Notes under the pieces: generated by a model
The model's database searches: none
Seen by the model: the letters and a program-made list of their open reading frames with translations, nothing else
Told to the model about the DNA's origin: nothing
Position numbers and translations under genes: made by a program
NCBI GenBank assembly: GCA_004764695.1
Contig: SMSO01000004.1
Location: 682,001-746,000 of the forward strand
DNA: 64,000 nt
DNA from: Schizochytrium sp. TIO01
Lineage: Eukaryota; Protista; Bigyra: Labyrinthulomycetes
Reading direction: 5' to 3'
In this document: positions 13,547 through 23,180 of the stretch, one piece after another
Layout of the letters: each line of letters begins with the position of its first letter
Numbering within the stretch: position 1 is the first letter of the stretch

Positions 13547-16500
13547 TCACAGTTGTGATACAAGCGAACGGATTTTCTTGGCTTCAACATGTCGTTCTAC
13601 AAGAGGCCAGGCGAGTTCGAGCCAGTCGCCTAGGATGGGGCGTGTCTCGGGAGGTGTGATAATATCATGCGCAGCAAAGCCTGCAGCTCGGGGTAGAGGG
13701 GAAAGCCGAGTAGAGAACTGATCTTCCAGTTCTTTGCGGCGAGCTTCACGTTGCTCTTCACTCTCGATACTATCTAGCTCACGCTTAAAGGCCACTGCTA
13801 CGCCACTTTCTACTGGGAGCGCTCCGACCTCAGCAGTGGGCCAGAGAAAGGTTCGGCCTTCAGGTCCAAAATGTGCTGCACCAGCAACGCCATATGCTTT
13901 GCGTACCACGACAGATGCAGAAGGCACAGAAAGACTTGCTCCTTTTAACACTGCCTCTGTGCCGGCGCGAATGGTTGCCTGACTCTCAGCCTCTTCGCCA
14001 ATCATGAAACCTGGTTCATCAACAAAAAAAATAATTGGAAGGGAGAACTGCTCACATGTCTCCATAAAACGTTTCGTTTTACGTGCGCCATCTGCAGTCA
14101 TAGCGCCTCCATGGAATCGACAGTCATTTGCAATAAGCCCAACTGGCTTGCCTCCAAGACGAGCAAGAGCCGTAATAATACCAGGTCCGAACTCTGACGT
14201 CATTTCAAAAATGGACCCTGAATCCATTACGCGTTCAAGAATGTCTTTTCGCATATCGTAAACCTGACGTCGGTGTAAGGGAGAAACTGCAGTAAGGAGT
14301 TCCTTATCCTGACGTTCAATTGGGTCCTCTTCATCGAGCACAGGCGGGGCTTTGTCGATGGAACATGGCAAATAGGAGAGAAACTGTGCGATCTGGGCAA
14401 ACGCATCGTGTTCATCAGCAGCTAGATTGTCAACAACACCGCTCTTGAGATGAACTTGATGACCACCAAGCTTTTCCTTAGTTGTTTCATATCCTAACGC
14501 CCGCTGAACTACTTGAGGACCTGCAATTAGAACTTGGGCATTTTCTGTCATCACGGAAAAATGGCTTGCGACAAGTCTTGAGGCCGGGAGTCCTGCAACT
14601 GGACCTAGTGCTGCGCAAGCTACAGGCACGGTGGCAAGCACCTGACTAACCGACTCAAATCGTGGTCTATTAAAAACTGGATCTCCAGAAGGTTTAGGTT
14701 TGCCGTCAGAAGTAGACTTACCACCTGCACCAGCCACAGAGCCGCCACCCCCTTCATGCAAACGAATGAGAGGCACCCGGAGCTGCAGCGCAAGAGTTTC
14801 AATGTAAACTGACTTGCGTAGTCCTGCGAAGGTAGGACTGCCTCCACTGATTGTAAAGTCTTCTCCTCCAACGACCACGGGTCGTGAAGCAACCTTTCCA
14901 GTTCCCAAAACAAAATTTCCTGCAGCTGCACGACCCATTTCGCGAAAACTATTTTTGTCAAGCATCCCAGAAATGCGCTCTCGAATCGTGAGTCTGCCCC
15001 TATCGTGATGCTTGTCCACATTCTTAGGCCCTCCCATCGCAGCAGCAGCATTGCGTTCTCTGGTGATTTCTTCGCACAAAGCATTCGCACTAGCCAGTTC
15101 TGCTTCTTTCTCCTTCTCGACAGAGCTCTTACGCGACTTGCTAGGTATACCTTGAGCTTGATCAAAATCAGTGTTGCTTTTGCTATCTGAGGATGAGGGT
15201 TTCATCCACGCAATTTGTGCTCCAGTATCATTGAGTAAGGTTCCTTTTCGTACGAATAGCTGTTCTACTATACCAGAAGTCGGCGCTCTAATTATCGTAT
15301 CCATTTTCATGGCGGTAACAGTGCAGATGGGATCATCTTCCATGAGTTCTGAGCCAGCTTCGACATGAAGATGGGTCACACTGGCCGGGAAGGGCACTTT
15401 GATTACCTTAAGCCCTGCCGGAGGTGATGGTTGACCGACTGAGGATGACAAATTGCCTGAGTTTGATTCTGAATTTGCTTTATCAGTTGAGGATCCAAAC
15501 TCCCTATGTCTAGTTAACTGCGGAGAAGCATCCTGGAAGAATCGGTCAGGGTACCGGGCAGCACTTGCACGGAGACTCTTCTCATTATCTGGTACGAAGG
15601 TGGTTGTGATGCCGATACCAGAGACGAAGGTTGGGTCAGCTGCAATGGCGCGGAGCAGAGAAGCATTGGTTGTCAAATTTTGCGTTGCAAAGTCGTCCAT
15701 CGCTCTCTGGAATCGTGCAACTGCTGTTTGCCAGCTAGAAGCACGACAAATAATCTTGGATACAAGTGGATCAAAGCGCAGGCTTGGTGCGACACTTTCT
15801 TGAAGGCAAGAATCAACACGCACCCCGGGCCCAGACGGTTCTTTAAGCGCGCCAAGGTTCCATGTTGGGTTCTTGGCCTGAGTATCTAGACAAACTCGTC
15901 CTTGCAGAGCAAAGCCCTGCACATGAATGTTTGCTTGGTTTCCAAGACCAATATCATCGAGAGTCTCTCCAAGAGCAATACGAAGTTGAGTTTGGACAAT
16001 ATCGATGCCAGTCACTTCCTCAGAAATCGTGTGCTCAACCTGTATACGGGGATTGACTTCAAGAAATACATATTCATTTCCTTTGACGAGAAACTCAACT
16101 GTGGCGGCGCCTTTGTACGCGACATGGGCAGCAAGCCGTTTGGCATCACTTGCTATACGTTTCCTCAGTGAATCTGGCACCGTCCATGCAGGTGCAATTT
16201 CCAATATTTTCTGTCTCCGAGTTGTTTGCAAAGAGCAATCTCTATCTCCAAGATGAACAACTTTGTGTCCGTCTCCCAGGATCTGCACTTCAATATGCTG
16301 ACACCCTGTCCAACACTCTTCTACCAATACTCCCAAAACACCCCCCCCATCGCTTCTGCTCTTTATGGTGCTTGACTTCGAATTATAAAGACTTTCCTTC
16401 GCGCTCTCTAGTACTTTTGCCAAAGCCTCTTCGATATCTTCAATCTTGTCTACTCTAACAATTCCTCGTCCACCTCCTCCCCATGGGTCCTTAAGCACTA

Positions 16501-17341
16501 TAGGCAAGCGTACATCGCCGCCTTCAATGAGGCCTTGTACCTGACATGCCTCCTGCACGATACCTGTGGATCCTGCGATTACAGGCACTTCGCATTCTCT
16601 TGCCATTTGTCTTGCTTGAACCTTATCCCCCAAAGCAGCAAGGGTTGCAGCGCTAGGACCCACGAACGTGATGCCTGCAGCAGCGACCTCTGCTGCAAAT
16701 TCTGGTCTTTCTGAAAGAAAGCCGTAGCCCGGATGTATTAAGGTAGCACCAGTGTGCTTCGCAGCGGCTACAATCGAAGATATGTCAGTGTAGGCGTCCA
16801 CGGGTACCACAAGGTCGGCAGCGAGAGCGTGCATTGCGTGAGATTCCTCACCAACAACATTCGTACCAGCATTTCCGTCAAGGCTTGCACTGTTGTTTTG
16901 GGTACTATTGAATGTATCGGCGATGGCCACACTCCTCAAACCTAGCTCGCGAGCGGCACGAGCCACGCGAACTGCAATTTCACCTCGGTTCGCGATGAGA
17001 ACCGTTGGCATGCAACGATTCTCCTGAGAGTTCATCCGTAAATCTGTTTGCACTAAATGTGCATTTGATGGAGAATTTAAGTTCGAGGCCGAAGTCGAGT
17101 TAGGCCTCACATTCAAGCCAAACCGTGTGGTTGAACTCGTACTTTCCCGCACGCCCCTGTGCTTCAGAGTCCTCAAAATGGGGCTTGGGCGCCTTGAAAA
17201 CATGAGTAACCTTGGGGGACCCCAAACGGTGCCGCCTTTCATGGCAGGTCGAGCCTGCTCCTCGCACGATCTTCCCTTGGTTATACTTGTTCCGACGCAC
17301 TCGGGGACAATGGCAACTCCGTCTCTGACGTGGGTTTGCAT
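13547..17341 (-). CDS. Single-chain biotin-dependent acyl-CoA carboxylase (biotin carboxylase - biotinyl carrier - carboxyltransferase)
   Basis: BC motifs VLIANRGEIAVR, HPGYGFLSE, GGGGRG, FLEVNPRIQVEH. Biotinylation motif AMKM. CT motifs GGEDFTISGGS, EGGG, FVDEPGFMIG, RKAYGVAG. The real start may be the downstream ATG at 17242 or 17203. Confidence 0.92.
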   Translation of the reverse strand: MQTHVRDGVAIVPECVGTSITKGRSCEEQARPAMKGGTVWGPPRLLMFSRRPSPILRTLKHRGVRESTSSTTRFGLNVRPNSTSASNLNSPSNAHLVQTDLRMNSQENRCMPTVLIANRGEIAVRVARAARELGLRSVAIADTFNSTQNNSASLDGNAGTNVVGEESHAMHALAADLVVPVDAYTDISSIVAAAKHTGATLIHPGYGFLSERPEFAAEVAAAGITFVGPSAATLAALGDKVQARQMARECEVPVIAGSTGIVQEACQVQGLIEGGDVRLPIVLKDPWGGGGRGIVRVDKIEDIEEALAKVLESAKESLYNSKSSTIKSRSDGGGVLGVLVEECWTGCQHIEVQILGDGHKVVHLGDRDCSLQTTRRQKILEIAPAWTVPDSLRKRIASDAKRLAAHVAYKGAATVEFLVKGNEYVFLEVNPRIQVEHTISEEVTGIDIVQTQLRIALGETLDDIGLGNQANIHVQGFALQGRVCLDTQAKNPTWNLGALKEPSGPGVRVDSCLQESVAPSLRFDPLVSKIICRASSWQTAVARFQRAMDDFATQNLTTNASLLRAIAADPTFVSGIGITTTFVPDNEKSLRASAARYPDRFFQDASPQLTRHREFGSSTDKANSESNSGNLSSSVGQPSPPAGLKVIKVPFPASVTHLHVEAGSELMEDDPICTVTAMKMDTIIRAPTSGIVEQLFVRKGTLLNDTGAQIAWMKPSSSDSKSNTDFDQAQGIPSKSRKSSVEKEKEAELASANALCEEITRERNAAAAMGGPKNVDKHHDRGRLTIRERISGMLDKNSFREMGRAAAGNFVLGTGKVASRPVVVGGEDFTISGGSPTFAGLRKSVYIETLALQLRVPLIRLHEGGGGSVAGAGGKSTSDGKPKPSGDPVFNRPRFESVSQVLATVPVACAALGPVAGLPASRLVASHFSVMTENAQVLIAGPQVVQRALGYETTKEKLGGHQVHLKSGVVDNLAADEHDAFAQIAQFLSYLPCSIDKAPPVLDEEDPIERQDKELLTAVSPLHRRQVYDMRKDILERVMDSGSIFEMTSEFGPGIITALARLGGKPVGLIANDCRFHGGAMTADGARKTKRFMETCEQFSLPIIFFVDEPGFMIGEEAESQATIRAGTEAVLKGASLSVPSASVVVRKAYGVAGAAHFGPEGRTFLWPTAEVGALPVESGVAVAFKRELDSIESEEQREARRKELEDQFSTRLSPLPRAAGFAAHDIITPPETRPILGDWLELAWPLVERHVEAKKIRSLVSQL

Positions 17342-19006
17342 CGTGCGACTTCAAACTAACTTTTTAAAGATGCTTGTTTCTTCCTCTTGCAGAGTGCAGT
17401 TCTGTGCCTTTAAAATATTTTCCAGACGCAGACAAACTTCTATTTGGGGCAGTGAATTGGCGAGCCTCGCAACTTCGACTTGACGTCATGCAGCGAATGA
17501 GAGAGGATGGTAAAGAGGTCAATGCATTCGATTGCAGTGAAAGCACGCTTAAGTCGTAAACCCGCGAAGGTCGGCATGATGTGAGGGGAGTAACTACTAA
17601 TGAATGTATGGTAAGATATGCCCCGATGCAGGGAGGAGAGAAGTCTGGGGATTGTGATAACAAAGCAAGAAGTGTTACTGATTCCTGGGCATCTTTGAAG
17701 AGCAGCAGTGGAATATGTTTGGGCGCTCCGCCGACAAAGTTTAGGATTGTCAAGAAATTTTATTGACCGCTGATTTGTTTGTAATTAGTTATTTTGCGAG
17801 AAAATCCTACGATGTAGAACTTCAGTAAGTCATTTTCAAGAATGTAAGACGGAGGCGGTTATCTGGATCACAAAGCCTGCCAAAATCTAAGCTGACGGCT
17901 CAAGACTATGATGATGTGCAAAAAGTTCTGTCTTGAGATTATCCATCATTTTATGAAAGTTGAAACCTACATACAATCGCCGTTATGAGATTCCTCTTGT
18001 CCCCTTTACAGTCGTCGCAATATCCAAAATATAACATATGACTGTAAGATAAGCCCTTTATCGTTTCACTGAGACTGCCCCGCACAAAGGGGGGAGCTTT
18101 AATGCTAGAAATCGCAATTTATTGACTGTGTTCTGATCTCAGCAAAGAAAAGAATCTATTTAGAGGAGAGACCGAACAAATCCACTAGCTTGACCAATCT
18201 ACGGGTTACGGATCGAAAATTTGTCTACGCCAAGGCCAATCTCATAGAAAATTGCATAGACCACCGAAAAGTCTGCGGCCCAATGAGCAACCCAATCTAG
18301 TTTTGCTGCTGTTACATTTAAATGTGCAATGTGAAGATCGTCCGACAACTTCACATCATGTAGTTTCAGAGCTTCACGTCTCCGATAAAATCGAAGTAGC
18401 TGATCCACGCTTAATAATGCCAATTCGCTGATTGCAGATGCCCATTTTGAGCACGAGCCGTGTTCTCTGCAGAGCAGGCCATATGCTAAATCGTGCCCGA
18501 TACCACGTTACCTCGCTTCGTGAGACTCGAGGCCCGCTCCGGGCATCAGCTCCGCTCCAGCTCATCCGCAAATCCAGCCACCGCCTCGCCATGCACAGCA
18601 TCCACGCAGCGCTTTCCAACTCTGAAGTATCCTCAGACCTTCAAATCAGTCCCAATTCAAACTTCAAATCTTCGAAATTTCAAAATTGCAATCCCAACAA
18701 TCGCGTGTATTTTATTCCCTCCCTCCATAGCCCTACCTACCCCATCCCTAAGCCCTCTCCATTTAAATACACCTCTCTGCTTGGCCCCTATTACCTCGCG
18801 TATTTTTTTCCCCCAGCCGCCCTCACCTCCTATCCTTAACCCTAGTCTTCCGCTACAGCCCTAGCTCGAGCCCTCTAAACTCCACGGGGGGTAACTCCTG
18901 CAGTTTGGGGTAGCCCAGGCCCTAATGTAGGAGTGCTCTTAGCGGTAATGGTAGGAGGAGGCTCTAAGCAGGAGAAGAGGCGGTCCCTGCAATCCTGCTT
19001 CGCAAG

Positions 19007-22000
19007 ATGCCAAGCGCTCAGGGCTTGCGCATGACCGCGGCCGAGCGGATCGCGCTGGCCGCCATGACTGGCGAGGCCTACGGACCGGAGGGCGGAGCCG
19101 TCGCCGAGGGAGCAGCGGACCGCGCCAGTGCCAAGCCCAAGCCAAAGCTCAAGCCAAAGCCCAAGCCCAGGCCCAGGCCCAAGCCAAAGCCAAAGCCAAA
19201 GCCAAAGCTCAAGACCACTCTCGACACAAATGCAGAACAGCTGGAACATGCGCAACCCAAGCGCTCTCAGAAAGAACGCAAAAGAGAACGCTGGGAAGAA
19301 CGGGGGCGGCGGTTTGAGAGTGGGGAGGAGGAGCGCGCTAAGGAGAGCGGCGGCGAGAAGGGCATTAACGAGAGCGAGAGGGACGCCAAGAACGCAGAGG
19401 AGCAGAACAAGAAGGAAATCGTGGCAGAATTTTCGGTCGAGAGGGCCTTGGAGGCTCGCTCGGAGGCAGGAATGGCCGTGCAAGGAGGCCACGAACGGCG
19501 CCCTGGATCTAACCACGACGCAGGTCCCAAGGCCCCCGAGCCTGTGCGAGAGTTCGTGGCGGAAGCCCGTGCATTGATTCAAGGGATTCTTAAAAGGGCG
19601 GTGGCCAGGAGGGATGCTTTAGAGAAGTCTGGCGAAGCAAGTGGCGGAGAAGATGACCGCATTATGGTGGCCACGGAGAAGCTGGATCGAGCGAAGGCGA
19701 GACTCGCAAAGGCCACCGCCGCTAGGGACGTAGCAGAGGCTGCTAGGAAGGCGTCCAAGGACGCAGCGGACCTCGCAGAGGCTGCAAAGCAGGCCCGAGG
19801 TCTTGCACAACTCCGGCGTACGGAACTCTTTGCCGAGCGCCTCGAGGCCATCGGCCTGAAACATACCGCAGTGGCAGCAATTGCACACCTCAAGAGCTCT
19901 AACGACGTCAAAACCGAGGCCACGAGTAATTCCGAAAACGCATCCAAAAGTGAATCCAAAGAAATTCTCGCGAATCATCTCGAGGCCATCAGCACTGTGG
20001 AGGCGGAAGATATTCACCCGGTGCAGAAAAGCATTGCAGAGGACCTACCCCTTGGCGTAGTTCGCGCAGATGCTGCTGCAAGAAGCGCGCGTGCAAGATG
20101 TGCACGAGCCCTCGGAAGCGCCCGAGGGGCAGCAGCGGGCCTTGAACAAGACTTCTGGTCGGCAGTGGCAAGACCACATTGCGATATCCGGCTCCTTGAG
20201 GGTGACGCAGATGATGCAGTGACAATGCTCGCAGTGGCTGCCCCTGCAATGCTTGAAGAGCTCAGGGCAGCAGACGCTGAAGTCCGCTCTGCAAGAGCAG
20301 GCGCTTTGAAGTCAAGATCAGAGCTGAAAATTATTGTGACAAATTCTAAAACTGTAGATAAGGATGCAAAAATCAGCTATGCAAGAGCAAGGCGAGCAAA
20401 AGCACGACTGGCTATGCAGAATGCAGACGAGGCACTCAAGGCCAGTAATGCGGCACTCAAGGCGCTTTGTGAAGAGTTTGAGCTCAATGATAGCGAAGAT
20501 GACGAAGGTGATAACGATGATGGCATGGAGAAGGAGGATGGTCGCACTGAAATGATCAATGTTCAAAATGATGTTGGCGAAGTTACTATTAAAACAGAGG
20601 ATCAAAGTCATGGGCAGGCTAGCAGTGTCGCTGGCGATGAAAAAAATTCTGAAGGGGGCAATACCGATTACAAGAAAATGAAGGTACAGAAGAAAAGCGA
20701 TAAAGAAACGGATAGCAAAGATGGTGGGGACAAAAATGTGGACAAATCTACTGATAACACAAAAAGCCCACCAGTGAAACAGCGGGCAAAAGCTCAAAGC
20801 CTCGACATTACCCCTTCACAAAAGAATGACTCGAATCGCATCACACAGGATCAACGATCGGAGAAGTCAACTGAAGATAGAAACGAAGAAGAAAATGCAA
20901 ACAATGATGAGATGGACGTTGATGAGGACGATATGGAACCAGGCCCGAGCACCTCATCTGACTTTGAGGATATGCAAGAAGTCGATAAGAATGCCAAAGA
21001 AAACAAGAAGATCAAAACCAAGAATCTTTCAAAGGGGGGAACGACCAAGACATTGCATAAGGGTAAGCTGCCGAAAAGCAAAGACGCCAAATTTTCCTCT
21101 GATATGGAAGCTGAAGATGAGGACGAAGACCCTAAAGGAGGGCGTGAAAAGGACAATAATAAAGGCAACAGCGGTGCCATGGAGGAGGATGAAGCGAGTT
21201 TTACTGCCGAAGAACAAGGCGAGAACGGAAGCGGCGACCTTGCGTTCATGCCAATTCGCAACCGCTACGATGACGACGACGATGACGGCTCTTCATCCTC
21301 AGATAGCGACATTGTGAAAGGTGCAAGTGATGATGCTGATGGATTATTTAAGCAACCAAAGCTCACCAAACGCGCTTTTCTGGCTTCACGAGGCATCGAT
21401 TTTAACGGCATGATGGTTGAGAATAATGATGAAGAAGAAGATGACCTCGATCCTGACAAGATTACCAAATCAAGCGAGAGCACATCCACAAGGCAAAATG
21501 ACAAGCCAGAGCATGATGACAAGAAACAAGAAAAAACTGATCCAGGAGAGCATGATGGGGAGGGGTCCTTGTCAAGCGCATCCGCAAGTGGTGATATCTT
21601 TTCCAATGCTACCAAGAAGAGAAAGACAAGTGGGGATCTTAATCAGTCTCTTGTGCATAGCACCAGCGGGGCAAAACGCGCAAAATCTGGCAGTGCATCC
21701 AATGAAAAGACTGAGACTGCCAAACGCAGTGCAAGCTCTAGTAGTCCTCCGACTTCACAGAGTGTCGGTGTAAGTATCAAAACAGAACCCGGGACCGACA
21801 TCCATACTAAAGTTCGCAATGACAAAGGTGTAAGTCCTGAGCAACAAGCCATCCTTTTGCAGCGTCATCTTGCGAAGAATAGTGGTGTTAATGTGTCTGG
21901 ATCTTCACCCATGCTTCATGTATACGACCGGGACTATAAGGGACCACTTGTGGGCAAGTTTCCTGGCCTCGAACGCCTTGTCGGTGTTCGAATCCGAATC

Positions 22001-22264
22001 AAGTGGTCCAGTACCAATGAAGAAGATTGTGAAGTTATCGCTCTCCGCAAGAAAGAGCCCTGGTGCTTCACAGCGTGCTGTTCATCTACTCTTCCAGGAG
22101 GAGCCTCCCGCCACGTTCGACTTCGCCTCGATGAAAAAGGCAAGGTTTATCGGCATGCTAAACTTGATCCATACGTATCGCGGACAATCCAGGATGACTC
22201 CAAATACCATGTTGTTGGCAAAGCGAAACCTATTCCTGAATCTGATGTCATCACTGACTTATAA
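19007..22264 (+). CDS. Uncharacterised 1085-aa protein: KP-repeat basic N-terminus, Ala-rich coiled coil, acidic disordered region, possible C-terminal Tudor-like barrel
   Basis: Long uninterrupted ORF. Contains KPKPKLKPKPKPRPRPKPKP, SUMO-consensus VKTE/IKTE x3, a basic NLS-like stretch KKRK..KRAK, and C-terminal LVGVRIRIKWS. Confidence 0.75.
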   Translation: MPSAQGLRMTAAERIALAAMTGEAYGPEGGAVAEGAADRASAKPKPKLKPKPKPRPRPKPKPKPKPKLKTTLDTNAEQLEHAQPKRSQKERKRERWEERGRRFESGEEERAKESGGEKGINESERDAKNAEEQNKKEIVAEFSVERALEARSEAGMAVQGGHERRPGSNHDAGPKAPEPVREFVAEARALIQGILKRAVARRDALEKSGEASGGEDDRIMVATEKLDRAKARLAKATAARDVAEAARKASKDAADLAEAAKQARGLAQLRRTELFAERLEAIGLKHTAVAAIAHLKSSNDVKTEATSNSENASKSESKEILANHLEAISTVEAEDIHPVQKSIAEDLPLGVVRADAAARSARARCARALGSARGAAAGLEQDFWSAVARPHCDIRLLEGDADDAVTMLAVAAPAMLEELRAADAEVRSARAGALKSRSELKIIVTNSKTVDKDAKISYARARRAKARLAMQNADEALKASNAALKALCEEFELNDSEDDEGDNDDGMEKEDGRTEMINVQNDVGEVTIKTEDQSHGQASSVAGDEKNSEGGNTDYKKMKVQKKSDKETDSKDGGDKNVDKSTDNTKSPPVKQRAKAQSLDITPSQKNDSNRITQDQRSEKSTEDRNEEENANNDEMDVDEDDMEPGPSTSSDFEDMQEVDKNAKENKKIKTKNLSKGGTTKTLHKGKLPKSKDAKFSSDMEAEDEDEDPKGGREKDNNKGNSGAMEEDEASFTAEEQGENGSGDLAFMPIRNRYDDDDDDGSSSSDSDIVKGASDDADGLFKQPKLTKRAFLASRGIDFNGMMVENNDEEEDDLDPDKITKSSESTSTRQNDKPEHDDKKQEKTDPGEHDGEGSLSSASASGDIFSNATKKRKTSGDLNQSLVHSTSGAKRAKSGSASNEKTETAKRSASSSSPPTSQSVGVSIKTEPGTDIHTKVRNDKGVSPEQQAILLQRHLAKNSGVNVSGSSPMLHVYDRDYKGPLVGKFPGLERLVGVRIRIKWSSTNEEDCEVIALRKKEPWCFTACCSSTLPGGASRHVRLRLDEKGKVYRHAKLDPYVSRTIQDDSKYHVVGKAKPIPESDVITDL

Positions 22265-23180
22265 GAAACTACAGTATACGCCGCGTACCTTTGTAACTAA
22301 AACAAATGATCATTTTCCCCTTTTATACCGGATGTCGCTGACAAATTTTGTTAGTTTACTATGTTCCGAAACTTCCATATATTTGATGTAGATAAAGGCG
22401 AACCTTATGAATTTACATCAGTAGCCATGCGGAATAAAATTTTCTATGCAGAAGCTCAAACATTATGTCTAAAAGACTAACTTACTAGCACATCGGTGGG
22501 CAGCAATTCTTTGTTCAATGCTGACCTCCCGAAGTCTTAAACTGCACATAAAGTGTCTAACATCAAAGGAAGGAAGTCTACAATTCCATGAGCCATGGAG
22601 CCTATGCGTAATCAAATCTTCGCGAGGGCAGAACAAAGTTAAATTTGGAGTTTCAGAAAATTTTCCAAAGAGGTAATGAATTCTTAAAGAAGACTGGAAG
22701 AAATTAAACAAGTTTGTCTAAACGTTTAAAAATGATTTTCTTATTTCTATTATATTTTTAAACACGAGTGCAGGACACGGATAAACTAAATGAATAATTC
22801 CCAAATTGCAGTTGATGAAAAAGACTTCACAACTTTGAATATTGACTTTGAAAGTAAGTAAATTGATTAAAAGAGTTTATCATATTACTTGAAAACCAAA
22901 TGCATAATTAGCCGGAATAAGTAGAAAACAAGGATCTTAGGAAGAGGCAGAAAGGAATCACAGAGGAGGAGAGAACAGCAGAAAAAGATGTTCAAGAAAG
23001 AAAAGGGAATCAGGATCAGACGCAGAAGAGATGAATGGTACGTTTTTGTCTTTCTGTCTTTTGGGTGGCTTCGTTTTAGCTGTTCATTAGCTTAGCTTTG
23101 CTTTTGCTTGACTAGCTTTGCGTTGCTTTGCAATATATCAGTCCTATGACGCGACCTTGATCCTGATAACCTATTCTGTC

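Noticed and set aside
18199-18619. Short minus-strand ORFs divergent from the 19007 gene
   Set aside because: No recognisable motif and interrupted frames.
18948-19006. Upstream out-of-frame ATG (MVGGGSK) that might extend the 19007 ORF by frameshift
   Set aside because: No homology evidence to support a join.
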